From positions 1 to 64,000 of the IMG/VR virus record IMGVR_UViG_3300008267_000265: a stretch of 64,000 bases of DNA. One strand, written 5' to 3'. Shown in pieces: positions 21,541 to 31,534 of the stretch (within the stretch, counting starts at the first letter, position 1; the number at the start of each line of letters is the position of its first letter). The DNA is from a virus. Both the position numbers and the translations under genes were made by a program. A model generated the notes under the pieces. The model did not search any database. It was not told where the DNA came from and saw only the letters and a program-made list of their open reading frames with translations.

Positions 21541-21602
21541 ATCTAGGAGCGTTTAAAGTATATACTACGAGGACTTATATAAGCCGTTTATAAATAGTAT
21601 AC

Positions 21603-22085
21603 TTAGAAGGTTCCCCCGTCGATTGTATTGGTTGGTTCCATGGATCCTGATACGGATACGATAAAGTCTTCGTTAGGTACGAATGGTAGATTTAGGTCTT
21701 GTGCAAAGGTCGTTGATCCTGATACATACAAGCTGCCAGAAATAATAATGTCGTTGTTAGCGGTTCCGTTGAGCGCACTAATAATTCTAAGAACGTGATC
21801 AGCTTTAATGATTGCTCCAGGATAAATTCCATCAGTTGAGATTGTACCGCTGGTAGGTGTTGGGGTGTAGATTATGATTGGTCCACCAACATTCGCTCCA
21901 GATACGAAGGATGCACTAGTTGGTGGTATATTAAAACCTGTTAAGTTATTAATTTGATTAACTATGCTATTTACAGATCCACTTCCAACTGGTTGAGATG
22001 CACTTATAATATAGCCACTAGCACTTGGAATTAGGTACCCAGTCAAACTGTTTATCTGGCTTATTATATCTCCTAGTGTACTCAT
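21603..22085 (-). CDS. Virion protein with an internal duplication
   Basis: IISQINSLTGY / IVNQINNLTGF repeat; ends IDGGTF. Confidence 0.55.
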   Translation of the reverse strand: MSTLGDIISQINSLTGYLIPSASGYIISASQPVGSGSVNSIVNQINNLTGFNIPPTSASFVSGANVGGPIIIYTPTPTSGTISTDGIYPGAIIKADHVLRIISALNGTANNDIIISGSLYVSGSTTFAQDLNLPFVPNEDFIVSVSGSMEPTNTIDGGTF

Positions 22086-22942
22086 AAGGCTTGTTCGGTG
22101 TTAAATACTATCTTGCATAGGTTGTATGTCTTACCTTGTAGCTGTGCTAGGAAGGCATTTATGGAGTCTGGTATTAGATATCCATTCAGCGTCATATCGA
22201 ATTCTGTTCTTACTAATCTATCCTCACCTTGTTCATACGTCTGAGAATCCGTAAACGTTTCAATTTTTGTTAAGAATTGAAATCTTGATGGATCACCCCA
22301 ATAAGAATTGGATGCGAAATTTACCGCTTCTATTAGCTTATCCATCTGCTCTACGAAGTTAGTCCACATTAGACATCTGTAGTTTACTGTAACATAGTCC
22401 GGTGTTACTGTTACAACGAATTCTTTTTGTGGTGTTTGGTTCCGCAGTACTGCGAAGTTATCGTATACGTTTCTTCTTGAGTATGACTTTTCAAATAATT
22501 GCACGTTGTGAGCATTGTTACCATCCAACTTGTTACCAAGTGTGCGATTCTGTACAACAGACTCTCTTTTAAACATCACAAGTGGTGACATAATTCTAGC
22601 TGCTCCGTCTCTGTAGTATCCGTCTGCTTGTACTGATTTCCACTTTTCAGGTGATCCGTATATGATTGGCACTAGTACTGACTCATTGTTCTGGTATACT
22701 GATAGCTTGAGGACATTATCAAAATAGTACATGATAGCTTCGTCAATATCCTTTATACCAATAGAAAACTTCTTATCTTGCAGATCCTTTAAAGATGTCT
22801 CATATGCACGATTAAACTCAGGTTGACCTGGTTTGAACGGTTCAGAGAATACAATGTTAGGATTACCGTACTGTGGGTCGTACGGATTCACTAACTTATT
22901 CATGAACTCCCTTCTAGTTTGTGGTCTTACTTGTTGTCCCAT
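22082..22942 (-). CDS. Tail terminator/sheath stabiliser (T4 gp15-like)
   Basis: VPIIYGSPEKWK and PDYVTVNY motifs; follows neck genes. Confidence 0.7.
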   Translation of the reverse strand: MGQQVRPQTRREFMNKLVNPYDPQYGNPNIVFSEPFKPGQPEFNRAYETSLKDLQDKKFSIGIKDIDEAIMYYFDNVLKLSVYQNNESVLVPIIYGSPEKWKSVQADGYYRDGAARIMSPLVMFKRESVVQNRTLGNKLDGNNAHNVQLFEKSYSRRNVYDNFAVLRNQTPQKEFVVTVTPDYVTVNYRCLMWTNFVEQMDKLIEAVNFASNSYWGDPSRFQFLTKIETFTDSQTYEQGEDRLVRTEFDMTLNGYLIPDSINAFLAQLQGKTYNLCKIVFNTEQAL

Positions 22943-22943
22943 A

Positions 22944-23435
22944 TTATAATCTTTGGCGTGTAATACCCAATCTTTCTGGTGATGTTAAGTGAGCGTTTAG
23001 TATTATTGAGAAGCTGCCACCAAAGTTTTGTAATCCATCAGAGTATGTATAATCCGGATCTTTACCAAGTATTAATTGGTTTTCATTGGTATTATCAACT
23101 TCGTAGTATAGCTCATTATACATAATAATATCGCCAGTTTCTGGTACGACGTTTGCAGTTATTAGATCGTCTTTTAAGAATCTAAAAACAACCTCTCGTC
23201 TACTGTCTGGTCCAAAGCTATCAGCTACTGTTGTAAAGTCTCCTCTCTCAATCAAACAGTCTATCAATACAGGTCCAATATAGTCTTTTACCAAAGCTTC
23301 ACCGTACACATTGGGTTGTGTATTAGGTAGTATTACTTTGTAGTATCCTATCTGCTGAGTAGCAACGTTGTGAACGAATTCCATTGAAATTCCTTTAAAC
23401 ATTGTTACGTCTCGTACTGTTCCAAATAATGCCAT
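22944..23435 (-). CDS. Neck/head-closure protein (gp14-like)
   Basis: NVYGEA...PETGDIIMYNELYYEV; gene order. Confidence 0.65.
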   Translation of the reverse strand: MALFGTVRDVTMFKGISMEFVHNVATQQIGYYKVILPNTQPNVYGEALVKDYIGPVLIDCLIERGDFTTVADSFGPDSRREVVFRFLKDDLITANVVPETGDIIMYNELYYEVDNTNENQLILGKDPDYTYSDGLQNFGGSFSIILNAHLTSPERLGITRQRL

Positions 23436-23436
23436 G

Positions 23437-24624
23437 TTATCCTATGTACACCATCATCGGTATACTATTTAGTGTATCGTTTAATGATTGATTCTCTGAT
23501 TGCTTTCTTTCTAGTTGAGCCTTTCTTGACATCTCTTCTAGATCTCCTCTTAGCTTCTCTCTCAAGGTTGTCTGCATTGCTTGTCCTCGTGATATTAGAT
23601 CAGCAAAGTTGAGAGTTACCTCTGCTCCTGGTATTGCTACTTGTTGGTACTTACCTCTAACTAATCCTAACAACTCAGATGTCAAAGCAGCTGTGTATTC
23701 TTTGATCCACTGCTTACCTGGTTGATTGATTTCTCCGTATACAATGTTAGCATACGGTACTTGTGATGGGTTAGCTACCAATCCTTGGTTGCCGTTATAC
23801 GGACTGTTGGTAGTCAAACTCATTAAATCTGATTGAAAGCAGTATTGAATAGACATGTAGGAGTATACTGATAGTCGTGGTACTGGCATTAGTCTCAAGT
23901 TTGTACCAATTATCTCGAAGCTCCAGGCTGGTAGACGAACTTGGTTTGACATCTCAAGCTCCTGGATTCTTTGAATATCCCAGAATACTGGGTATAGTGT
24001 AACACTATTACCTGCACCACCTACGCCAACTCCCATACCAAATCCACCCCAATCACCTGGTGTAGCTCCGGCTCCTCCTAATTGTGGATAGTATGCACCG
24101 TAGCCATATCCATACACAGCTGGTGGTGCTTGATACATTACTCTTTGTACGATTACTCTATCGGTAGGATCCATGCCTTGCGTATTGACAGCCCAATCGT
24201 ATAGATCGTAGTTTTGCTGGCCAGCTATCAACTCAATTGACCCTGTCCTCCAACTTACAAATCCACCAACTCCTGCAGCTTGACCGTAGGTTTCTGATAT
24301 GTTTAGGGTGTTTGTTAGGTTTGGCGACACTACTGTATTATTCAGAGTAGATCCAGTTGGAGTACCTTCAATTGTAAGATAGTTGTCTTTAATCTTAATT
24401 TGGTAGAGCTCTTCTGCGTAAATAGCAGTTGCTTCTTCAAAGCAGGCGTATATGTTGATATCTTGAAGCTCAACATCTAATACTGGATATCCTAATTTAC
24501 GAGCACAATAGTTTGCTACCTTAGGGCCGTCTGCCTGGTATACCGGGTCACTATCAAAGTACCCGAAAGGAGTTGATCCTGAGATTGGTCCTGGTGTACC
24601 GTCGTATATTATTGGATTTGCCAT
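23437..24624 (-). CDS. Neck/head-tail adaptor (T4 gp13-like)
   Basis: RKLGYPVLDVEL, WIKEYTAAL...LGLVRGKY...PGAEVTLN. Confidence 0.85.
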   Translation of the reverse strand: MANPIIYDGTPGPISGSTPFGYFDSDPVYQADGPKVANYCARKLGYPVLDVELQDINIYACFEEATAIYAEELYQIKIKDNYLTIEGTPTGSTLNNTVVSPNLTNTLNISETYGQAAGVGGFVSWRTGSIELIAGQQNYDLYDWAVNTQGMDPTDRVIVQRVMYQAPPAVYGYGYGAYYPQLGGAGATPGDWGGFGMGVGVGGAGNSVTLYPVFWDIQRIQELEMSNQVRLPAWSFEIIGTNLRLMPVPRLSVYSYMSIQYCFQSDLMSLTTNSPYNGNQGLVANPSQVPYANIVYGEINQPGKQWIKEYTAALTSELLGLVRGKYQQVAIPGAEVTLNFADLISRGQAMQTTLREKLRGDLEEMSRKAQLERKQSENQSLNDTLNSIPMMVYIG

Positions 24625-24629
24625 GTTAA

Positions 24630-25295
24630 TTAGTCTCTGTGATCATTGTAGATTTTTAGAAGCTCTTCTACAATTGGATCACGGTGGTTTGTTTTAAGTG
24701 TTACTACTGAAAAACCTTTAACAGTTGTTAGATTATTGCATATAAAGTTGAATCCTGACTGCTTTCTATCTTTTAGATCCACTTGAGCAGTATCACCGCA
24801 AATAATCATCTTGCTACCCTCGCATAGACGGCCTAGAATCAGTTCCATCTGTCTGTGAGTAATGTTCTGCCCTTCATCAACTACAACGCAGCAATTCGAA
24901 AGATTTCGCCCTCTCATGAAGGCTACTGGAATTACTTCGATGTGACCTTCTGCCAGCTCTCTGTCGATCTTCTCTTTGCTGTACAATCTATACATGTTGT
25001 CGTAGATTGCGGCTGTATAAGGAGCTAATTTAGCATCCTTATCACCAGGCATAAATCCTAATTCTTCACCAGATGTTACAGCTGGTCTTGTTAGGATAAT
25101 TTTCTCTACTTGGTGTGTAAATAAAAGATCTAAAGCTACTTGAGCTGCAACCATCGATTTACCCGATCCTGCACCTCCTTTCAGCACTGTTATCTTATTT
25201 TCTAATATAACTGCTTTAGCTTGTTTCTGTTCTTCGTTTAGTGTAACCTGGAACTTTATTGGGTTCTTTGGTTTGCGCTTTGGTTGTGTGCTCAT
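24630..25295 (-). CDS. phoH: PhoH-like ATPase
   Basis: GGAGSGKS Walker A, LGFMPG, FMRGR, DEGQN, GDTAQVD, HRDPIV. Confidence 0.95.
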   Translation of the reverse strand: MSTQPKRKPKNPIKFQVTLNEEQKQAKAVILENKITVLKGGAGSGKSMVAAQVALDLLFTHQVEKIILTRPAVTSGEELGFMPGDKDAKLAPYTAAIYDNMYRLYSKEKIDRELAEGHIEVIPVAFMRGRNLSNCCVVVDEGQNITHRQMELILGRLCEGSKMIICGDTAQVDLKDRKQSGFNFICNNLTTVKGFSVVTLKTNHRDPIVEELLKIYNDHRD

Positions 25296-25333
25296 ACGTA
25301 TACCTTTTAAATAAATAGTTTATACTACCAAAT

Positions 25334-25357
25334 AAAAAAGCCCCCATGTGGAGGCTT
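25334..25357 (-). terminator. Intrinsic terminator
   Basis: AAGCCTCC/GGGGGCTT stem plus T-tract. Confidence 0.7.
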
Positions 25358-25379
25358 CTATATTATTCTTGTTTTTAAA

Positions 25380-26768
25380 TTAACCTAGACTTGATGTTAC
25401 CCATCCATCTACACCTCCGTTTCCAGTGTAGATCCACAATTTGTTAGTCGCTGGTTCAACATACATAGAGCCGGTTAATGTTAGCGATGAGCTGATTGGT
25501 ATTACCAATGAGCCGCTTATTCGAACTGACCCTGATGTGATTTGATCTCCGTTAAATGTATTTGAGCCAGTTGTTGCTAGATTTGATGCTCCTGTTATAG
25601 TACCAGGAACACTTAAAGATCCACTGGTATCGAAGGTCCATGTTTTTGTTGCTCCAATACCATCATAGGTGTTTATAGTTACGTTACCATTTTGTATATA
25701 TCCGTATCCCGACCCACCATAAATATTTACAGCACCTCCCACTGCATTAATACTGTCACCTCCTCTTATTTCTACGAATCCTGCATTACCATCATCCGTA
25801 TTACCACCTTCTATTCGAACATATCCACCGCTTCCTGATAATGGTCCGTATCCACCACGTACTTTAATATCGCCACCACTACCACCTTCCACACCGCCGC
25901 GTCCTGCCCATAGGTAGATATCACCACCTTCACTTGAGCCACTTCCTTGTCCTGGGTTGATTACTAGTCTTTGGCTGTTAGGAAATGCAGCAGTTCCGTT
26001 AGGTGTGCTTATCACTGCTTGATCTGTACCATCGCCTAATTTTAATGTATTTGTGGTTAGATCACCACTAGCGTTGTCCCCTCTTGGAGTAGTCAAGGAT
26101 GGAAATAACGTATTCCCGTTGTCATCGAATACCCAGGTGCTTTGGGTTGAGCCTGTTTGGGAATTAATTTGAACCCAGTATTTGTCGTTAAAAGAATTAT
26201 CTAAATTTCGTACAACTACATTTGCTTTTTCACCACCTAAATATAAATAAGCACTTGATGAATCTATTGTACCACCGGCACGAATGTGAATATGATTTGG
26301 TGATGTTGGGTCTAATACTATATATTGATCAGTACCTAAATTTTCATCTGGGTTTAATTGTAATGTTGACGCTCCTAATCCGTCTCCTGAGCTCTGTGAT
26401 ACCGATTGTATTAAACTACCATCTCCAAAATTAATTGATCCTGATATTGTTTGATTTCCTCTGAACGTGTTTGACCCTGTTGTTGCAAACGATCCAGTAT
26501 TAATATTAACTCCTCCACCACCGTTCATGGCATATGATGCTGTTAGTGCATACGATGCACTTGTTACTGTTCCTCTTACATTAGATGCTGTTACAAAAGA
26601 AGCTGTTTGAGCTGTTGTGGCTGTTCCTACGGTGCCATCTACATCAGCACCAGCAACATAGGATGCTGTTTGAGCGTAGGATGCAGTTGTGACTAAGGTT
26701 GCGTTTAAGGTTATAGTGGTTGAACCGCTGGAAAACGGTGTGATATTGTCTACTCTTAGTGTGCTCAT
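25380..26768 (-). CDS. Virion fibre/decoration protein
   Basis: TASYA repeats and GG.I...GG beta-repeats; shares peptide modules with the long fibre. Confidence 0.65.
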   Translation of the reverse strand: MSTLRVDNITPFSSGSTTITLNATLVTTASYAQTASYVAGADVDGTVGTATTAQTASFVTASNVRGTVTSASYALTASYAMNGGGGVNINTGSFATTGSNTFRGNQTISGSINFGDGSLIQSVSQSSGDGLGASTLQLNPDENLGTDQYIVLDPTSPNHIHIRAGGTIDSSSAYLYLGGEKANVVVRNLDNSFNDKYWVQINSQTGSTQSTWVFDDNGNTLFPSLTTPRGDNASGDLTTNTLKLGDGTDQAVISTPNGTAAFPNSQRLVINPGQGSGSSEGGDIYLWAGRGGVEGGSGGDIKVRGGYGPLSGSGGYVRIEGGNTDDGNAGFVEIRGGDSINAVGGAVNIYGGSGYGYIQNGNVTINTYDGIGATKTWTFDTSGSLSVPGTITGASNLATTGSNTFNGDQITSGSVRISGSLVIPISSSLTLTGSMYVEPATNKLWIYTGNGGVDGWVTSSLG

Positions 26769-26807
26769 TTTCGATTGGATTATTTGTAATAAAATATTAT
26801 ATTTTTG

Positions 26808-27149
26808 TTATAGTATTGATAAATTTGAACCAGACCCCACAGACACTGTTCCACCAAACCCAGTAGGTCCTATTAAAAAGGCGTTATGCTGCGCTGGTAT
26901 ATCTACGTTGCTTGTTATTGTTTGTGGATGCATAAACATCTGGCTGTTAACGGTGTTACTTGTAGTTATACTACCGCTTACTGCTAAAGATCCGCTAATA
27001 ACAACGGCTTGATCATCTAAGGAGATCGCTGTTGGATTGCCAAGACCATCTGTTATATTTTTTAGCGTACTGTCTACTATACCGTTATCTACTGTTTTTA
27101 GGAGCGATTGATACGTTGAAGCTACCGTATTGTTTGTTAAAGCTGCCAT
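26808..27149 (-). CDS. Small virion protein
   Basis: Ser/Thr-rich; upstream TATTTAT motif. Confidence 0.55.
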   Translation of the reverse strand: MAALTNNTVASTYQSLLKTVDNGIVDSTLKNITDGLGNPTAISLDDQAVVISGSLAVSGSITTSNTVNSQMFMHPQTITSNVDIPAQHNAFLIGPTGFGGTVSVGSGSNLSIL

Positions 27150-27192
27150 GCTTAGAGATTGATTCCTATATAAATAGTGGTATACTCAATAT

Positions 27193-27219
27193 AAAAAAGC
27201 CTCTCATTAAAAGAGGCTT
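27193..27219 (-). terminator. Intrinsic terminator
   Basis: AAGCCTCT/AGAGGCTT stem plus T-tract. Confidence 0.75.
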
Positions 27220-27245
27220 ACTATAAATTAGAGCTAATTAACTTA

Positions 27246-27542
27246 CTATTGTCCTGGTGTGCCTGGAAGGTACGCTCCTGAATATAGTATTGCTACTCCT
27301 GCTGATTGACTTACTGATGTGATTGCACCGTAAATGCTTTGGCCGGCTGCAAACGATGCAGATATTGATCCTGTAGCAATGGTTCCAGCATTAGTCGTTA
27401 AATTACTAAAGTTTATAATTGCTGTTGTTGCAGTTACAGCACTGTACCAAAAGGCATCTACTGAGAATGTTACTGATCCGCTTAGGATTTTTCCACCTGA
27501 TAGACCGAAAGGACTTTTTAGTTGATCTACTATTTGAGGCAT
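27246..27542 (-). CDS. Small virion protein (capsid decoration candidate)
   Basis: Start placed at MPQIVD, downstream of the motif at 27554; immediately follows the capsid gene. Confidence 0.55.
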   Translation of the reverse strand: MPQIVDQLKSPFGLSGGKILSGSVTFSVDAFWYSAVTATTAIINFSNLTTNAGTIATGSISASFAAGQSIYGAITSVSQSAGVAILYSGAYLPGTPGQ

Positions 27543-27576
27543 AGTTGTTTTTATATAAATAGTTACTACTTGCAAT

Positions 27577-27602
27577 AAAAAAACCGGCCTTACGGGGCCG
27601 GC
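27577..27602 (-). terminator. Intrinsic terminator after the major capsid gene
   Basis: CCGGCC/GGCCGG stem plus T7. Confidence 0.85.
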
Positions 27603-27634
27603 TTTCTTTTTATTCTAAAGTTCTGATTTTGCTA

Positions 27635-30475
27635 TTAAGCTACACCAGCAACTTGTAGGTCAGATACATACACCTTACCATAGAATTCAGGACGAACCAT
27701 TTTCTTAGCGTAACGAGTCATGATACCTTTACGTGGAGTGAAGGTAGTTGGATCGTAGATAAGAGGAGTCATGATCAATGGAACATAAGGAGCGTAAACA
27801 GCACCAGTCTCCAAGAATTGGTTACCTCTGAAGCCCATCAAGATGGTGTTTTCAGTCATGTATGGATTCTTGTAAACTTTGTAACGGCTGTTCAAAGAAC
27901 CAATTTTCTGTACGCCAAATGCATACTTCATTGTATCTGCTGCACCATCAGTATCAGCTGCAAATCCAGGAATTGATTCCAAGATAGTAGCTACTGTTGG
28001 AGAACATACTAAGAAGTTAGCACCACCACGCAAAGTCAACTGGTGAATTTTGTTAGATACAGCTTGAAGCTTAATACCTAAAGTTTGGAACCAAGACATT
28101 TGATTGTAGTATGCACCAGCAGTGTTGCTTACATAAGCGGTACCAGCTGCATTGATTTGATTACCAATCTGAGCAGACCAATTAGCAACTGTTGGAGCAT
28201 TTTCAATCAACATATCCATGATTTCCAAGTCAATTTCCAAAGAAATGTACTCAGACAACATACCAGTCAATTCAGCTTCAGCATCCAATGAGTGGTAAGC
28301 ATTCAAGTCTTGAGCAAATTCTGGAGTCCATTGTGCTTTCAACTTACGAGTTTTAGCAGAAATGGTTTCAGACTTCATCTGAACATTGATTTCTGGAATA
28401 ACGATCTGAGTTGCAGAAGCAGCGTTTGGATTAGAGAATGGAGTTGGGGTATCGTTTGGAGCATCTTCGAAGTCACCACGAGTTTGGAAGTTAGTAGCTT
28501 TGTTGTACCATACTGCAAGTGAACCTGTGCAAGCTTCGATAGCTGCTCTTGTACCACTAACAAAGAAAGTCAAATTACCACCACTTAAAACAGTGAAGTC
28601 GTTAATTGTAGTTGATGGAGCGATAACTACACCAGCACTTTGAGATGAATACAATTCAAAAGCACGAACACCGTTTGAATCAATTGATCCTGTCAAAGAT
28701 GATGTTGGAACTGTGATAGCCATCATAGTAACAGTTGCACCAGCGATTGACGCTGAGTAATCCGCGTTAAAGTTAAGTTGTGCATAGGTAGCTGGTGCTA
28801 TACTAATAGACGCAGAGCTAACAGATGCAGAGAATTGGTTGATTGAGTAACCAAAACGACCTTGACCGTAAAGACCACCGTCAGCAGTGTTACCAAATCC
28901 GCTATTTGCAGTTTGGGTTAAGTTACCATACAATGAGTTTCCAGCACTGAAAGGCTTAGGAACGTTGTTACCGTATTGGAAATCTAGGTAGAATACCAAT
29001 CCAGCAGGCAAGTTCATTGGTTGAACAGAAACGAACTCTTTAGCAGCGATCTGACCGAAGATCTTACGAACCAACGGAAGAGCTACACCAGCCCATTGCT
29101 CACCATTACCTGGAGTGAAAGTAGCACCGTTTGTTACGTTACCACCTGTTGATGATTGTTCCATCACCAATTGTTTTGCTTGGTTTTCCAAGATAGTAGC
29201 CATGTTGTTTTTGTCGTAGTCCTTAAGACCTTCCAACAAACCAGATTTGGCCCACTTCTTTACAAGCTTCTGGCTAACACCAAGTTGATCTTGGTAAGGG
29301 CCAGCAAGCACTTGCCATCTGTTTACGAAGGCGTCTGCTTCAACAATTGGACGAGCTGGGGCGTTTCCAATTGGTTTTGATGCGAAACCAATAGATTCTT
29401 TAATAGATGACTTTTTAGATTCACCTATAGATTCCATTAATGTTTTGTAGGTATTCTCAACTTCTTTAACCGATGTTACTCTATCAAATGCATTGATAAC
29501 CTTAGTCTTTTGAGCTTCGTTAAGATTTTTAGCTTTGAAGATTTTATTTACGTAAAGCATTTTGGCATTGAACAAATTAACTTCGTTAAGTTCTGCTTTA
29601 AGGGCTTTGATAGTCCTAATAGCTTCATTCAACTCTTTCTTTACTTCTTCAACCGCATAAGAATCAGCAGCTTTAGTTTGGATCTGTCCACCTGGGATGT
29701 GTCCTGGTTCAGCAGCTTCTTCCATTTTCTTTTCGTCTTCTTCAAGCTCAGCCAGAATTTCTTCAAGAGTGATCTCTTTCATTTCTTCGTCGTCTGTGCC
29801 TAAAGTAGCCGCCATGTCAGTACCTGCGTCTAAGTCACCTGCTGGTGCTCCGCCGCCTTGCATCTGCGTAAATACATCACGGATGATGTCTTTTAGCTCG
29901 CCAACTTTCAGTTCAATAACTTCTTCTTCATCAGTTACTGGACCACCGTCGTCATCGCCTGCTGGTAATTCTGTGTCTGCTTCTTCAGCATCTTCTTCAT
30001 CACCTTCGTCTTCATCAGCTTCGTGTAGTTTGTAGTCACTGTGAGATACCTTGTCTGATTCGCTGTAACTACCGTTTTTGTTGCCAGATTTTTTTCCAGC
30101 CTTTTCAGTGTAAACTGATTCTTTGCCTTCTTCAATTGATTCATCTTTCATGTCACTTCCGTCCATGTCTTCTGACAAGGCGTTTAGTTCAGCTAAGATT
30201 TCATCAAGAGTAGATTCGTCCATTCGATCTGAATCTTCTGTGTGCATTGATTCGTCCGTTCCTTCTTCCATGTTAGTACCTTTTTCGTCCATTGATTCTT
30301 CAATGTCCTCTTCAATTTGGTCGTCCATGTCTTCAGAAAGTTTTTGACGCATCATTTCTTTGATCTGTGGCTCAAAATGTTCCGCGAGAGTCGTTCTAGC
30401 TGCAGCCATAGCCGTCTCACGTACTGCTTTTGCATCCAAGATCGCTTGTCTGTACAAGTCTTGATTGCTTTCCAT
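27635..30475 (-). CDS. gp23: Scaffold (gp22-like, about 29302-30475) joined in frame to major capsid protein (T4 gp23-like, about 27635-29300)
   Basis: Capsid motifs VSVQPMNLPAGLVFYLDF, AKTRKLKAQWTPEFAQDL, YAPYVPL, FTPRKGIMTRY; acidic coiled-coil scaffold ending RWQVLAG. The fusion is likely a deletion artefact. Confidence 0.9.
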   Translation of the reverse strand: MESNQDLYRQAILDAKAVRETAMAAARTTLAEHFEPQIKEMMRQKLSEDMDDQIEEDIEESMDEKGTNMEEGTDESMHTEDSDRMDESTLDEILAELNALSEDMDGSDMKDESIEEGKESVYTEKAGKKSGNKNGSYSESDKVSHSDYKLHEADEDEGDEEDAEEADTELPAGDDDGGPVTDEEEVIELKVGELKDIIRDVFTQMQGGGAPAGDLDAGTDMAATLGTDDEEMKEITLEEILAELEEDEKKMEEAAEPGHIPGGQIQTKAADSYAVEEVKKELNEAIRTIKALKAELNEVNLFNAKMLYVNKIFKAKNLNEAQKTKVINAFDRVTSVKEVENTYKTLMESIGESKKSSIKESIGFASKPIGNAPARPIVEADAFVNRWQVLAGPYQDQLGVSQKLVKKWAKSGLLEGLKDYDKNNMATILENQAKQLVMEQSSTGGNVTNGATFTPGNGEQWAGVALPLVRKIFGQIAAKEFVSVQPMNLPAGLVFYLDFQYGNNVPKPFSAGNSLYGNLTQTANSGFGNTADGGLYGQGRFGYSINQFSASVSSASISIAPATYAQLNFNADYSASIAGATVTMMAITVPTSSLTGSIDSNGVRAFELYSSQSAGVVIAPSTTINDFTVLSGGNLTFFVSGTRAAIEACTGSLAVWYNKATNFQTRGDFEDAPNDTPTPFSNPNAASATQIVIPEINVQMKSETISAKTRKLKAQWTPEFAQDLNAYHSLDAEAELTGMLSEYISLEIDLEIMDMLIENAPTVANWSAQIGNQINAAGTAYVSNTAGAYYNQMSWFQTLGIKLQAVSNKIHQLTLRGGANFLVCSPTVATILESIPGFAADTDGAADTMKYAFGVQKIGSLNSRYKVYKNPYMTENTILMGFRGNQFLETGAVYAPYVPLIMTPLIYDPTTFTPRKGIMTRYAKKMVRPEFYGKVYVSDLQVAGVA

Positions 30476-30602
30476 TTTTTAAAATGTTTCGGGGATTGCT
30501 TATTAGAGTAGTAGCAATATAGGGGTAAAATGAAATTAACATGCTATATTGGGATAGCATACACTCATAAATATCAGAGAGTTAGAGAAAAAACTATGCT
30601 AG

Positions 30603-31160
30603 TTACTTAAGATTTGTTAAAAAGTTTTTTACTATCTGTGTTAGTTTTGGCGCACTGTGTTCGCTAATTGCTTGTAAAATCTCACTACTTGATTCACCTG
30701 CAAGGTCTTTTATTGCTGCTACTGCACTGTCTAGTTTGGTTAGGTCTACTGCTCCTAAAACTGCCATACTTGCCAATGTTATTGCTTTTAAAAATTTAGC
30801 AACTTTGTCTCTCTTCGTTTGATCGGGTATGAATGGGCGAAGCATTAGTTTGAAAGGGGTGTCTAAATAGCCGTCTATTTTAGCAGTTACTTTTTCTATA
30901 GTTTTATACCAACTTGGACTTTTCCTCTTTTTTAAATCGATGCCACTTTTCTTAGCGATTACATCCACGACCTTCATAACCGCATTAATAATACCCGGTG
31001 CTGCTAGTACAAGTGCGGTAGCACCTAGTATTGATTCATTCTCTTGCTTTGAAGCTTTTTCTAGCTCCTTACCTATTAAATCAGGAAGGTCCCTCAAGTC
31101 TGATAAATCGATGGAGTTTTCTTCTTGTATTTCTTTTAGTATATTAACAAACTTAATCAC
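30603..31160 (-). CDS. Putative internal head protein with hydrophobic helices
   Basis: Leader MIKFVNILKE. Confidence 0.55.
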   Translation of the reverse strand: MIKFVNILKEIQEENSIDLSDLRDLPDLIGKELEKASKQENESILGATALVLAAPGIINAVMKVVDVIAKKSGIDLKKRKSPSWYKTIEKVTAKIDGYLDTPFKLMLRPFIPDQTKRDKVAKFLKAITLASMAVLGAVDLTKLDSAVAAIKDLAGESSSEILQAISEHSAPKLTQIVKNFLTNLK

Positions 31161-31171
31161 TCTTAAAACAA

Positions 31172-31519
31172 TTAAGCTTTTACGTTTTTCATAGTTCTGG
31201 TAAAGTTTGCGTTCGTTGTCTTAGCTATACCAGAGATACTTGCTTTACTACCTTTTTCTACGAATTGCTTGATAAAATCATACAACGCTACTGCTTCTTT
31301 AGGATCAAGATCCATTTTTATTTGACCCGTACCTATATTTTTAAGGTATAATTTAAGGGTCGCTGAGTTTGTTACTACTGGTTCTTCTTTCGCACCAACA
31401 GCTGCTGGCTCTTGTTCTATGCTACCGTTTGTTTCTTCCATTGATGCTTGGTACTCACCTTCTGTTATAAGCCCAGCTTTTAACTGCATTAATTTTGCTT
31501 CTTTGATTAAGTTTGCCAT
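31172..31519 (-). CDS. Putative internal head protein
   Basis: Leader MANLIKEAKLMQLKAGLITE. Confidence 0.55.
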   Translation of the reverse strand: MANLIKEAKLMQLKAGLITEGEYQASMEETNGSIEQEPAAVGAKEEPVVTNSATLKLYLKNIGTGQIKMDLDPKEAVALYDFIKQFVEKGSKASISGIAKTTNANFTRTMKNVKA

Positions 31520-31534
31520 TGTGCTATTTAGTTT

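Noticed and set aside
24630-25295. phoH as a novel auxiliary gene
   Set aside because: Common in large aquatic phages
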